Part shown: one piece after another, positions 25,801 through 40,800 of the stretch
How positions within the stretch are numbered: the stretch's first letter is position 1
How the letters are laid out: each line of letters opens with the position of its first letter
Position numbers and translations under genes: made by a program
Notes under the pieces: generated by a model
What the model was told of the DNA's origin: nothing
Seen by the model: only the letters and a program-made list of their open reading frames with translations
Databases searched by the model: none
Assembly: GCF_004010195.1 (NCBI RefSeq)
Contig: NC_057753.1
Location: 1,166,890 to 1,230,889 of the forward strand
Source of the DNA: Chiloscyllium plagiosum
Taxonomy: Eukaryota
Length of the DNA stretch: 64,000 bases
Reading direction: 5' to 3'

Positions 25801-28800
25801 TATGAGCGGCATGGATAGAGTAGATAGGAAGCTTCTGTTTCCCTTAATGAAGTGTCCATACCGAAATAACGCCATAATTGGAAAATGAGGTACATGCAGG
25901 TTGAAGTGAATTTGAGGAAATGTGTGTTCAGCCAGGCGATGGTGAGAATGCACTGCCTTGAAGTGAAGTTGAAGCGTGAATCTTAATATGTAAGTGAATG
26001 AGCACTTCAAGTATCAAAGCATTCATCTCAAATGCTGGAAAGTGGGGTTATACTATATAGTTCGGCGCAGAGTCGATAGGTTGAAGTTTCTCTTCCGTGC
26101 TTAATGATTTTATGACTCTTCCTCCAGGGCAAACCATCTTTCTGGATCTACCCTACCAGGTCCTGTACGATTCTTGTATATTAGAGATAAGTTGACCTCT
26201 TATTCTTAGGTGTAAACGTGCGCATGCTTTCCATAAGTCTTCATTGTGATCCACGGCCAATCACTCCTTAATCGATGCTTTCCTCAGTCCTTCACTATGA
26301 TGCAGGATTATGTGGAAAAAAATCTTTGTGAGCATCTTTTTTTAACCTTTATATCTTTGTAGACTCAGCATATTTCACCGCTTCTGGTTTATAACCAATA
26401 TGAATGAACGAACTCTTCGTTTTTCTGTTTTCTTTCATAAGAAAATCTACAAATTGAGCATTTTATTGCTGACACAGTTTAGTTCCCAAGTGCCATGTTA
26501 TTTCACATTTTTATGCATTACTCTGCGCAATGATTATATTTAAGAAGCTTTTCAAGATAAGAATGAATTACTTATCGACAATAAAAGAAGCCCAAAGTCA
26601 TCCTTTTGCATAGAAGTAACTATTCCTTAGGAAACAATGTGCATCATTATGTGCTGCTCAGCGACACCTCAGTTATGAATGCTGTGGTCTCACACAACGT
26701 CACAATGCAATTGAAATGCGTTATTACCTTATGGACAGTTACAAATGTGCTGTACAGCATACTGAGAATAAAGAGCATAACGAAAGCCATGATGGCAAAT
26801 GAGTTGTTGGCATCTTCACCGACTTTTTCTTGATCGTCTTTTTCGATGCCATTGTCTTCTGGATGTTCCATTATTTCGGGGATGCCTGCAATCAATGGAT
26901 ACAATTTGTTATAAAATTAGTCACGTCGACAAAGAAAATCTTTAGAAAGTTTCTGTAATACCACAGAACTGGCACGTGGGATGTGACACATTTATTATTG
27001 GACTAAGTGAACTTGAAAATTGAATTGTTGCTGTATCATGGGACTTTCAAAATACTGTAGATCACGTAGTTTTGAGAACAGGCAAAAGAGGGCAGAGAAA
27101 AATCAGCACATCTAAGTCAGAGGAAGCCATGCTTATAAAATTGATTAGACGTTTTTGAATCTGCGATCATATGTGTGGATGAGGACAGTTTAGTTGACTA
27201 AGTTTACGTGTATTTTAGCAATGCTTCTAATACGGTCCCATATGGGAGACTGATTTATAATGTTAAGAAACAAGTAATTCAGGGAAACTTGGTGAGATTG
27301 ATCAGAAACTGACTTCGAAATGGGACACAGAGGGTAGTGGTAGACGGCTGTTTGAGGTGACTGGAATCTGAAGTCCTATGGTGTGCCACAAAAGAAAAAA
27401 CTGTAATAGGACCTTATTGTTTGTTATTTACGTAAATGTATAAGTGAAAATGTGGAGCGAATGTTAAGCATTTGCAGATGACACCAGGACTGGTACAGCA
27501 GTTAATAGTTACAAAAGTGGTTGTAGGATACAGGAAAATATGTATGGGTTGGTCAGACGTGCAGACTAGTAGCAGACGGTATTTAACCATGATAAATTTC
27601 TTCTTTAGAAGAAGAAACAAGATAATGGGGCATTTAATGAATGGCAGGGCGTTGAACTGCTATTTACCTCTGTTAAATTATGGCATCATTTCTGTAATTA
27701 ATGCACATTTCTCCACTTGAGCGTTAATTGTATCCAAGGTGATTCATATTATTTCCAAAACAGTTTCACTAACGAACATGCATTGACATTTTTGAAGTGA
27801 CCTAGATTATTGATCAATCATATAGTGCTCAAGTATATGAATGAAGTCTTGCAGAACCAGCGCACTATGAACACCATTCAGTCCATTAGCCTGTGTCAAG
27901 TCTAATGCTGGTTGCCAGTTCTTGATGAGTAACCTTGCAGGTTACGGCAACTCAGGTGCCCATACAGAATGAATATCTGTAACTTGATGCTTTCTGTCTG
28001 AACCATCAAACCAGGAAGCAAACCCCAGACAGCCGAAGACCGTTTTATTTACCTCATGTCCCGTGTAGTCTTCAAAGATTACCCTCCTGTTAATGACGGT
28101 CAGATATCCGTTTTCTAATGGGAGAATGCGACTATGGCAGCATTACTTCACTTAACGTCGTATTGTCTACATTAATGCAATTCCCCCTGACTTCACCACA
28201 GTAGCAACACGTCTTCGCTGCACATGCTACATAAGAACGATATTATTTTTCACAACTCGATTTAATCAGTTATCAGGTCCCTCTATCGTAAGGAAAACAA
28301 TAATGCTACATATAATCTTTCCTTACTGTAACAACGTAAAAGCCCTGACAATATTCCTTTGAACACTGTTGTGCGCTGTCCCGAACATTTGTGTTCTTCC
28401 AGTAATACAGTGAACTCTACACAAAACTGCATCAGTGATCTAACAAAGATCTTCCACAGTTCAAGCATTACGCCACTGTTTTTCTATTCAATATTTCATC
28501 AAAACAATGAATACACCTCGCACATTCCTTCTTTTTCGCAGTTTTTCTCCTGTCATGTAGTAATAATGGACCTGTGGACATAAAATTTAGTTTCTCTAAT
28601 ATCCTGTAGTCTTATTGATATCTTCCTGGTAACTGCATGTTTACATGTAATGTTCCTCTCAGCATATGCATAAATTTCCACTTTCATACTGAATGCAATG
28701 ATCTCATTCCAAATACGGAATTAAACCATTGATCTCAATCTGCATTCAACAGCCATGATCTTCAGGATCAACAATTACACCAGCTTTGTGTTATCAGTGA

Positions 28801-31800
28801 AATCCATACCATACCTCATGCACTAAAGTGTAAATCATTGATGTTCGCCACAGATAGTGAATAATTCAACACTAAGATAATTCTTCCATTCACAAAAATA
28901 CCTTTGCTTCCGATCACTGACATACTAAAATTCGCCACATTCCCATATATCCCATTGGCTTTAATTTTCTGAACAGTCTTCCAAGCTGGATGTAAACAAA
29001 TGCGTTTTTAAACCTTGTAAATATCATTCACGTACTGTCCACATGAATCACTTTGTTGCTATCACACCGAAACACATTAATTAACTTTGTAGGACACGAT
29101 ATTCGTGTCACACATTCATGCTAATCTTCCTTGATTGATCCAAGCTTTTCCCAGTGGGCTTCCATTTGATCTCTAATTATCTGTTACAATTCTCGTCACT
29201 TGTCCTGCTATGAGTTCAGGCTGACTGGCCAATCACTACATCACCTACCATCAAATCATTTTCGACACTAGAACAACATTCGCAGACTTGCAATTCTCTG
29301 GTACCCCACATGCATCGCGTGAAGATTGGAAAGTTACCCTCTGCTTATCTTTTTTTTCACTCGCACCCTTTGATCTTTATATACCTTTGAGGAGGTCTGC
29401 CTGTCCATTAACCCCTTTTTCATTGTTAGTTTATCGAATACTTCACTGTACTACTATTTACCTACATGTCTGTATCAGCTGTCTCCTTTTCGAAGACAAA
29501 GATAAAATATTCTGTAAAAAATAAATTACGGCGCTCATTTATGTTTGGGACAATCCTTTCATCAATCTTGAACCCGGGTCTCAGGCGCTGTGAGGCAGCA
29601 GTGCTAACCACTGTGCCACCGTGCCGCCCAGCTGTATCAGCTGTCTCCTTTTCGAAGACAAAGACAAAATATTCTGTAAAAAATAAATTACGGCGCTCAT
29701 TTATGTTTGGGACAATCCTTTCATCAATCACTATCTTGACCTTAAGCAAAAAAAATCCTTAATTTCTTCAGCATTGTTTGCATCCTTTCTTTGCTTTCCT
29801 AATTTCCTTTCTTCTTAGATTATCTTGGATTCTGTAGCTTCCAGCTGTTGTGACCATAGGAACAGAAATTTAGTAGATGGAGTGAAACATTCAGCTCCTT
29901 GAGCCTGGTTCATCATTCATGTTGGTGGCTGATAATCTACTTCGTGATATTTTACCACGCATCCATATTTCTGCTAATGGCATTAGCATCTAGAAATCAA
30001 TCGCTTTCTATATTGCGCATGTTGGATGAATCACATCATCTCTCATTCTTCCATTGGCTTAGGCTATAGGTCCAGTTTCTTCAGTCCCTTTTCACAGGAC
30101 AATCTGACCATTTCACAAATTTGTTATTTGAATATCCATTGGAAGGAAAGTACATCCTTACAGAAGTGAGGGGAACAAACTAAGTATTGTAACTATATAC
30201 AACCTTATCAAAACTACAAAGTTGAAGCAAGACATAGTTTCATATTTACTCAAATTTACTTACGATGAAATCTTTACACATCAACCTTCTTCAATACTTC
30301 CTTAGCAATTTGTCAAGTTTCAATCTATTCGGAACTACGAGTCCCTTTTTAGCATCAACAATTACCAATCTCTTGACCTTCATGAAATACTTCACATTCC
30401 AAATAATCCTGCCAAAGTGGATAACCTCACACTTAATCCGCAAGATAATCAATCTGCACTATTCTTGCCAGACATCCAGGCTGACCATGACAGTTTATAG
30501 CCTCTTCGTAATCTTATCACAACTCATATGTGACATTCACAATTATGGTGAAATTACATTCCTTATAATCATTGATAAAGATTATTAATAACAGCTTGCA
30601 AGCGGTATTCCTTGTGAAATCTCACTCGCAACAATATTGTAACAATCGAATGATAGTTTATTTGTTCCATTAATACCAACTCTGCGTTTTCTACAACTTA
30701 ATTAAATCTTAATTAATGATAGTGTAATATCCATGATCAAGAAATCCTGAATTCACACCAGTAAATTTCATTCGGAACAATTAATGCTCTTTATCTATTC
30801 AGGCAGCTGGATTATTCATCCGATTGAATCGTGATTACATAAGTGCTGCACATGTCACAAACTGAGCTCATTCCCATAATGAATTCGCACCTCTGCTCAC
30901 ATCCAGGGCACATTGATCTGCCTGGCTCTGAATTCTCAGCAACAGTTGAACCGGGCGGCCATCTCAACTCAACTCAAAAGCAAAACATTTCAATTTCCTC
31001 ATGTGCGTGCAATATTAGAACATCAGTGAGGTGTGTGAGTTGGCATCGATTTACCTCGGAACGGATGATGAGATTTGAAGGGATAGCAAGAGGTCAATAT
31101 TTCTCCTGTTTGCAATTTGAGACATGGGGAAAAGGAAATTCCCGATCTCATTTGCAGTTCTGCCTTCATCCAAAAGTAATGCTTCAAATAGCTGACATGG
31201 CATGGTGACTTATGCAGGTCACCAAAGAACCGAATGACGTCTAAGTGGTAAAGCCAGAATCCCTCAAATGATATAACTTTGCATACGACAAAAAAGACAT
31301 ACGATAACAGAAGAGTTTTCTTTTTATAAATCGCACAAGACTGCATTCAAAGATCCCAATTACAGTAGCAGCATCATTCTGCGATTGACAGGCTGTGTCA
31401 AATATGATCAACATCCCGTAACATGACCTCAAACATGCAACTGAAGTCACTGTACTTACTGACACTGACCTCAGCATAGACTTGAGGAAACGTCGACAGC
31501 ACAGTGTTTCTTCCATTCACGGAAGGAGCCATTGCATGGTAAGATACCACTGACCACTTTATAAATACTTTCCAACACAAAGGTAGCCTCACATACGGAT
31601 ATACAGAACAGCCAAAAGAAAGTTAGCTCTCAATCATCAATCCAGCATGAACAGAGATCACATCGTACTGAACTGACAATTGTCTACGTCCAGAGGCGCC
31701 ATATAAATGGAAATACGCCACATCCAAAAAACAAAGCAGAGTGTCTCACTCAGAGACACAATCCATTGACAGTAAATATCGCATGTCACGAACAGCAAAA

Positions 31801-34800
31801 CTGCTGGATATGTAATATTTCATCGCCTTTACGAAGAGGGAGTCATAAATGCAATCTCATCAAATCAATTGACTTGAGCATGTTATTTTACACCTGACCA
31901 CAGCTTTAAACTTCTGTGACCATTCTGGAATTTCAGAACAGCAGAGGATTTCCTTTCCTTCATCGAATCATATTCAGAACACCATTCTGTAATAAACTTA
32001 GGTCAGGAGACCCAATGTGAGATTTGTGCCTTTTAGCTCTTGGATGTTGCAGAAACTTTGCCAAAGATGCTCTTCACTCATTTTAGGATGCAAGTCTTAT
32101 TGGGGGTGGGAGGGATGTGTGCGGCGTGTGTAGGTGGAGCACGTACCTGAGAACATGGACACCACCCTGCCAAACAATTCCCCACATTGCCCCATTAGTT
32201 CCAGCTTATTGTGCATGACAATTCAGCATGAATCTTAAAAGACAGTCTGCTTTGTACACAGGTTGCAATTATTACAACGTCATTATAGCAACGAACTGGA
32301 CAACTAATTCAGATTGTATTTAAATCAACTTAAAATACTTTAGGTGTATGTTTTCAATGCCCAAGTGAGATACGAATTTGCATGATAGCAGTCAAGGAAA
32401 ACGTGCAGGTTGTACATGGATGAGATTCAAAGCGTAGAGTTTTGAAGGAATGTGGTCTGTGATGCTGCGTGAGTGGATTTGGACACCACCGTATTTGAAT
32501 ATTTGGTATGACTGTTAAGTGAAGATGAGGATAACCAATTATGAATTTGGATGACAGAATGTCATTGGGTGGACATGATGGTAGCAATAACAATTTGGAT
32601 ATGTAAGAGGCCAGAATTCCATGGATGCTAAAGAACTGGTGAAAATAAAGTCGGAGCGAGTCACATCAATAATGGCACAAGACGATGTAGACAAATTTGG
32701 ATTAGTGAGGAATAGTAAGTAAGGGAAGAATTAATGGGCATTATTGAGTAGCGTTCAATCAGCTTGTTGATGATGAATGATTGGGAACTGCTGCAAATCG
32801 TTATGCTATGTTTATAGGTTTTTAGTCATTTTAAGATGATGGACAGTGGAAGATACATAGCAGACTGAGAGCTGAACGGTGGCACAGTGGTTAGCACTGC
32901 TGCCTCACAGCGCCAGAGACCCGGCTTCAATTCCTGCCTCAGGCGACTGACTGTGTGGAGTTTGCACATTCTCCCCGTGTCTCCTCGTCTCTGGGTGCCC
33001 CGGTTTCCTTCCACAGTCCAAAAATGTGCAGGTTAGGTGAATTGGCCTTGCTAAATTGCTCGTAGTATTAGGTGAAGGGGTAAATGTAGGGGAATGGGAA
33101 TGGGACTGGGTGGGTTGCGCTTCGGCGGGCGGTGTGGACTTGTTGGGCCAAAGGGCCTGTTTCCACATTGTAAATAGTCTAATCTAATACAAAAAAGTAA
33201 TGTCAAGAGGCACAGAAGGACTGGTTGAGCTTGTTGAAAGCAGATGTACCAGAAGACATGACAAGCATCTGTTGGAGTGAGTGAGACGTTTGGGCATTGA
33301 CTTACAGTTTAAGGAGGATGTAGACTCAGAAAACAAGTCAAATATCGCCAGAGGAAATGACCAATAGATAAATGGGACGAATAAGAGACGGACTGGGGTG
33401 GCACACAGAATATAGGACAATACATTGTGTGATTGGTGTTCACACATTAGATAGGTATGGAATATACACAGTTAACAAATAGGGAACTGTGTGTGAGAGA
33501 GTTATGTAGGACTAGTGTCGAAGTGGAATAAATCAGGGATAGTATGTAGTTTATACGTAGATGAGAGTCCAAGTACTGATCTTTGTGGAAACCAAAACTG
33601 AGGACTAGGATTAGACGTCACTTCAGGAGAATACTTGACAAAATTTATCAAACGAAGGTAAGAGCAATTTGGATGACAGATTGTCATGCTAACTATGTTG
33701 GCATCACGTCGGTTTTAGTAATTCTATTACAATGTGGATGCCCCACAAGCCAGGCCGAACAGAGGAGTGCTGCAAAGAAACATTTAGGATGAGTGTGATC
33801 TAATTAGAAGCAACCCCAGTGGATCTAAAATTCTGCACATGTCAGCAGGCTGCTGGCTGCCATATCAGAAGAGGATATCACATGCATTTTAATCAAAGGC
33901 TGCATCATCCTTGTTAAAACGCTATGCATAGAAACCAAGAATAAGTAAGTCAAAAAGTTTTCATTCTGCGTTTATTGTAATTATCAGAGCCACATACAGA
34001 CGCAAGCATAATTTCTATTCCTTCTAATAACGATGTGAAATGCTTCAAGCAATCTTCAGAACAATTACACTGACAAGACAAAGTTGTCCTTGCATTTCAG
34101 ATTCTAAACACAATTATCCTTAATTGACAGATAAAATTTGAAATAATGACTAATCTCTTATGTCCAAAAGTTTTTAGTATCAAGAATGTGACTGCACCAT
34201 ACAGTGAATTGAAAATGCATTGGATTGGTTCCTTCAACAGTTATTGACATCATGACATTTAGCTGTTTATGGAAAGCAAATAGTATACCACGGCAGTCTA
34301 AATGCAGGATTTAATAGTGTCACTTAGTATGACTGAAACATTAACAAATGTCGGTTTACCGTGAGATTTATTTGTACTTCTGATTAAATCCCGGCTGAGG
34401 GATGGGTGGCCCACTAAGCAGGAGTAAGTGGTGTCACTGTTCCATTCCGCTGCTGTGAGTCTCAATCCGCTGGTGATGAAACTGGAACCATTCCTCTTCT
34501 CGCTTTCTGATTGGGTCCGGTAGCTGGAATCCAGAAGGGTGTCATTAGCCATCCAACCAATGTAAATCTCATCTGGGTAAAAGCCGGTGGCTAAACACAC
34601 CAGAGTAGCCGAATTCTCAGTATCAATCTCCTCCATCGACGGATGCAGGAGATAAACCTTAGGAGGATGGAATTCACTGACTGTAAAGAGAACAATATTC
34701 ATTTAACTGAGCTCATCTTATAACTACATCGCAAGTTCTTTGTTAGTAATGCAAGTGGTTTATAAAATATTTCCTGTCTGCAAGACTGCGCAAATATCTC

Positions 34801-37800
34801 TGAATGCTAGAACATTTCCTGTCCCTTAAAAAAAACTTGGAGACAGTCACAGATTTTGAAATGTCTGCCACTCTCGGAGTGCAAATGATTGATCTACATA
34901 TCGGTCTTTACATTCATCATTATACTTTTGCAGAACAGTAGGATTCCAGACTACCAGCCAACTGACCAGTTAATGTAGAAATTTAATGAATCGATAATTT
35001 ATTTAATCATTCAATCACTCAATATCCAGTCTTTTCTCGTTAGTAACAAAAATAGGTCTTTTGGAAGGAGACCATGCTGGACTGGAAATGTTCACCCTCT
35101 TTGTCTTTCCACTGATTGTCCCAGTCCTGCTCAGTTACTCCAGCACCTTTTTTTCACTTCTGACTTCTGACTTTCGTCGGTATTTTGCTCATATTGCAGT
35201 ATGATCTCCACTTACCAATTGTCTTCTTGATAGTGGCTTTCACTGGTGTTGGTAATTCACTGTCTTCTACCAAGCAAACATATTCGGCACCACTGTCCCA
35301 CTCTGATGCCATTATTTTAAGTATGCTCACAATGGTGGATTTACTTCCAATCCGCTCGGGATTCTGCGTCTCGACCCCTTCCACTCTCTCAGTCCCGTTC
35401 ACTTGCCAGAAAACGTTGATATTTTCTAAGTCACTATAAACTATTTTGCATGCAATGGTCGCTGTCATTTCTTTCCAAATCTCTTCAAATGAAGGCTTCA
35501 GTAGATTGACAGAAATGTCTGGAAATCTGCATTCATCTGAAAAGAATAAGGAATTCACTATTTTCAGTCTGCATTGTTGAAATCAGTTCAAAAATATGAC
35601 ATGAGTTGGGGAATGTTTTATTTATGGCAATCTGTTAACTGCCTACTTAGTTTGTTTCAGCTTAGATAATTAGATGTTTGGTTCGCTTGAACTTGACGTT
35701 TCTATTCGCCCTCACTGCAAGGAATGTACCTTCATTAATATTTGTAATCTATTACTGTATATTTCGAAATTGCTGTGTCTTGCATATAATGGGACCTGAT
35801 TGCTTCCGTTCTGGTGCTGCACATTTACCTATTGCAATTTCTGATGCTGGAAGCTAGTTTATACTGCATGTCTTGCATTTGACAGATTATAATATCAGAT
35901 TAGGAAAAGGTCTTATAAATGTCCCATATTCCAGTGCTCTATTTATTTTTACTGTGTATGGAGATGTTGTCCTAGTGTCAACCGACACCTTGATTTTTTG
36001 TTGCGTTCTTTGACCCGACGTTTGATGTCCTATTTATTCAGGAAAATCTATTACCGACAAAAATGTGATACTTGCTACACAATGCACGCCTTGTAAAGAA
36101 CAGTCTGAAGATTGTGACACATGAACTATTCTTTGAAGAGTGTGAAGTTAAGAAATCTGGAATATTCTACATACAAAACTTTGACAGCTCAACGTTGATA
36201 CTGGGAACAGCTAAAACTAATAGTTGTCAGTATTGTGATAACTTTAAAGGGACATAAAAGACATCGGAAAACATGCTTTTAGGTTTCTTAACGCAAGATG
36301 GTCGCTCTTAATACAAATATAGTTAATTCCTTTATGGATGACAGAAAATATAAATGTAAAGAAGATCCTTAGATGTTTTTCTTGTCTTGTTAACTTAAAA
36401 CTTACAATTTTAATTCTATTAGCCTAACTGGTTAACTCTGAAAATTCCAAAATCTCTTGAGAGGACAAATGTTCTCTTCTGCAATCTCAATCGCAGTGTT
36501 TTAGGTTGTATGCATACAGTAAAACGTATGCATTTTTGGAATGATGCCAGTGCCGCAGTAATGTTGAATAGGTGGGGAGAAAATTGCTGAAACTATTTCC
36601 ATATTGATTAGTATTTCTGTTTTGCATTCGAAACTCGAAGACTGAATATTTGCTTGTCTGCGGGCAGTCCTGAGTTAATCACGTCCATTTCCTCAGTATG
36701 TAATCAGGGAGACAATTAACGTGAATTTGTGGATTGGCAACATGAACATAGGCTATATTATCATGTTTTCATTAAATAAGTGGGCAGTATTGCATGTTCC
36801 AAGATCAGTTCCATCTGAAGTGTCCGAGTGATAGTTTCTTCTTTAAAACTTTCTATCCTTTCAGTCGTAAAACTAAGTGTTAGGAGGAGAATGGGATTGT
36901 GAGAAAACTGATTGCAATAAAATTAATCATGTCCTCTTGCTAAAAGAGAAATCGAAGGTTTTAATGACTTTTTAAAGCAAACAATGTCAGTATGTTTCGT
37001 GTTAGTGTGATAGTTTTAAGCCTCAGCGTTCTAAACTTAAAACAACTCCCACATGTATCACGTTTCATGTGACATTCTTGCATCATCGTGGAAAGAAATG
37101 CGAGATTTAACCGTGATACACAAACGTGGGTGGTTTATAAACTTCATTGAGGAATTTTATCTTAACTGCTCAGTATTAACAATCCACAGGAAAATTGAAA
37201 TGTACGTATGCAGCCTATTCTACAGCAAATTCATATGACTTCCACTCAGTCATGCCCTTCGCAGGAGCATAATTACTTTCAGTTCCATCAAACCACCTCG
37301 GATGGAAAATGAAACAAAGGGACTGTATGTAACTCACGTGCATCTATTCTAATATAGCTTGCTAAGAATAATCTGCGGAGCTAAGTCAACGCTTGGACTT
37401 TCAGCAGTTTGCTATTTCTGTGCATGGATGCTCACCAAACGGAATTCCTCATGCGAAACATTTTTGACTGAGTCCATCAACAATATTTGCTCGGTTGCTT
37501 CTTTGCTGTTTCCCGTTGTTGATGAGATTTGTTTGCACCCTTCAGTCACGTCAGCTAGTGTTCCATCCAAATTTACACAGTAATTGTCGGCAGATGAATG
37601 ACCAGAGAGATATTTCAGCCCATTAATCTACTCCCTTAATCACAAACCCATGTACCATAGATCAGTGTTCAAAGTTTTGGGCGTTACTATTCACTGCTTT
37701 AAGGCCACTAATGGTTGGCACAGTTATCTGTCTATTCTGGCGACGTCTAATGAGAACGGTACTGAAGAATAGAGTCCTTGAAATATACAAGATAATTCAC

Positions 37801-40800
37801 ATACTTGAGCTCCACACTTGGGCAACTGATCAGGTTGTATTTATTCGTACCTCTCAGTTGAAGTCAGCAATCACTCATGCTGGACCGAAAGCAGGATTAT
37901 GAAACATTAGTTGGCAGCATTCTTCCATTTGTCATCATTAACTGTTGTCTGAAGGTATCATACCTTCAAGAGTTAATTGTGCAATGAAGAATTTAAAAAA
38001 AATCCTAACTTTTCTCATCAACCTATTTAGAAAAGTTATTACACAACTCTGGAGCCGATGACACTCGAACTCAAACCTGCCAGGTCGTTACCAATGCTGT
38101 AGGAAATGGATCCTTGTATCTGTTATATCAACGGTTCTCACACTGGTTGAAGTGGAGCACTTGGATATCATTTATTCCACGGTCTACCAACTGCCTGCCT
38201 GGTCTGTGTTAAACTTTTTTTTTCAAGGAGTTGTCGTGCATTTTAAAGTTTTCTGAATCTTTGAACATTCGATCACAGTTTCATCTAGTGTCGACATTTG
38301 ACACAAAGCATTATTTGTGAGAATAATTACTGAGGAACAGTTCTTACCATTATGGTTTCTGATAACCCTTTTCACAATGGATTGGGAAGGTGGATGCGAG
38401 ACAGTGCAGGTGTATTTTGCTCCACTGTTCCATTCTACTGCAGATAAAATGAGGAGGCTCCTTGCACTGAAAGTCAGATCCTGTTCCAGAGCAGTGGGAA
38501 AATTGGTGATGTTTGCGCTCACAGAAGCCCCGTCTTTCTCCCAAGAAATACTTATACTATCAGGATAGAATCCTCTTATCAAACATGTTAGAGTGGCAGA
38601 GCTGGTGTTTTGAATCTCTTCTGGTGACGGGGGAAATACGTGGAGATTTGGCTTAATTGGTACAACTGTAATAGAATTATAGAGAATATTAATTTTTCGT
38701 TTATGGCCATTCGTTAATAAAACGACATATAAAAACATTTCCTTTTCGTAACCAACCTCTTTGTTTTCCTGTTCGTTTTGATACTGGGGTCGATGACTGA
38801 TTCTGTTTTGCGGAGCATATGTATTCCGTCCCACTCTGCCACTCTTCCATGCTGCTGGTCAAGCGGCTGATGGTCAGATATTGGTTTCCTTCCATTTTAG
38901 CTGCTTCGATTTTAACACCATAATTCCTTACCTTCCCATCCACCATCCAAGAGATGACTACCCCAGCAGAAAGTGTAGAGAGCACTTCACAAACCAGAGT
39001 GGCAGTTTTATTGATCCAGATTTCTTCAACCAATGGATTCCTTAGCAGCACAGCAATCTCTGTTAGTGATGAATCAGAAATTCAGATTTTGGATCATGTT
39101 CCAATAATGTAACTGCGAAAGTTACAAGAGATTCGAAAATATACCTATTTCTCTCACTGATATGTATTGAACTTGAAACACGACTGTTTTCTCCATGGTT
39201 ATTGACTTGCATCACATATGAAGTGAGTGATAATTAGGGAGAGAGCGAGGTAAAGACAGACAGACTGAGAAAGTGAGATGTACGCAGAAAGATTGTCATT
39301 GAGAGAATGAGAGTGACATACCGAAGAAAATAACCAGAGAGAGGGTGAGTGTCAGACAGTATCAAAAAGACTAGAGAAGGAGGCATGGAGAGCGACCGAT
39401 GCAAGCAGAAAGACAAGCACATGGAGTAACAATGAATGATGCACAACAATGATTAATATCTACAGTGACGGGAAGGTAAAGGAAGAATTATTTTCGATAT
39501 GGACAATGGAAAACACAGAAAACGAAGAACAAGAGAAATCGGTGGAAACATACAGACGGATGGATAAACAGAGACAGAGCAAGACTGACAGTAACAAAGA
39601 GATTGATAAAAAGGAAGATTGACATTGAGAGACAGAAAATTTACCACACTGCGATGCTCAATGAATTTAAGTGCAGACGACAATTGAGATCATTATCGCT
39701 GACAAGTCACTAAAATTCTGTCCAAGAAATCCCTGCACTATAAATTGTTATTGATATCACTCACTGCCACTAGTTCAAGAATGCTTCACTCTCATATACA
39801 GACTACCAGTATAATATTCCATCTGATTATGAATATGACTATCTTTTATGATTGTGAGCTTGTGAGTACATTTAATTTTCTTACCGGATGTTGATCTAAC
39901 TTCTTTTCTCTGATTACTGTTAGTTGCAGAATGAAAAACATGACAGCTGTACATAGAGCCGCTGTTCCATTCCTGCTGGGATACTTTAAGTAAACTTGTA
40001 GAGCTGAAGTCATCGGTCGATGTTTTCATTGGGGATGTAGTTGTAAAACCAGAACTGATGACATTTTTGTTCTTCTGCCAACTGACCACAATGTTTTTAG
40101 GATAGTATCTGCTGATTATACAAATCAAATGTACAAATCCGTTTGCTCTCTTTTCTTCAGTTGCAGAATAAAATAGACTGATGACTGGTGCAGTAGGCTG
40201 TAGTCCTAAAATTACAAAAAAAATGAGACTTACTCTCTTTTGTACTTTCGATTGGACTGTTTCTGTAATGTCCCATTCAATCGATAACTCTCAGATATTA
40301 CATAAAACATATGATTTTATCATGTTGTTGTGTCATTATGTCATGTTGCTGAAAGATATGGTTCACAGCGTTTGCCTCATCTTTAACTGTGAGCTGAGCT
40401 CCAAACTGCAGAGAGTCACATAACATGGATATAGACCGTGTGGTCTAAGTCATCCATGCCAAACGGATTTCTTAAACTTGACCAGTTCAATATGCCGATG
40501 TTTGGCCTATAACTCTTCAAACCTTTCAATTTATTGTACCCTTCCAAACGCCTTTTAAATTTTATAACTGTCTATACAATTTCTTCGGCAGTAGATTCCA
40601 GAAACCAACCACATTCTGTGCAAAAAAACAAAGGTGTGGCTTCGGTCCCTTTTAAACCTTTTCAATGTCACCTTAAACCTATTCCCTCTAGGTTTGAACT
40701 CCATTATCCTAGGGGAAAAGGCCTTCGCCATTTACCTTATCTGTGTTTTTCATGATTTTATAAACAGCTGTAAGGTCACACCTTTATCTCCACTATTTGG

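Noticed and set aside
14112-32390. Isolated octamer matches (about 14112, 15393, 20050, 25137, 32377)
   Set aside because: Expected by chance in AT-rich DNA; no promoter context or motif clustering.
39230-39640. Purine-rich GA/GACA tract in the C1-C2 intron as a switch-like region
   Set aside because: Looks like a decayed microsatellite without the dense repeated AGCT units of switch regions.
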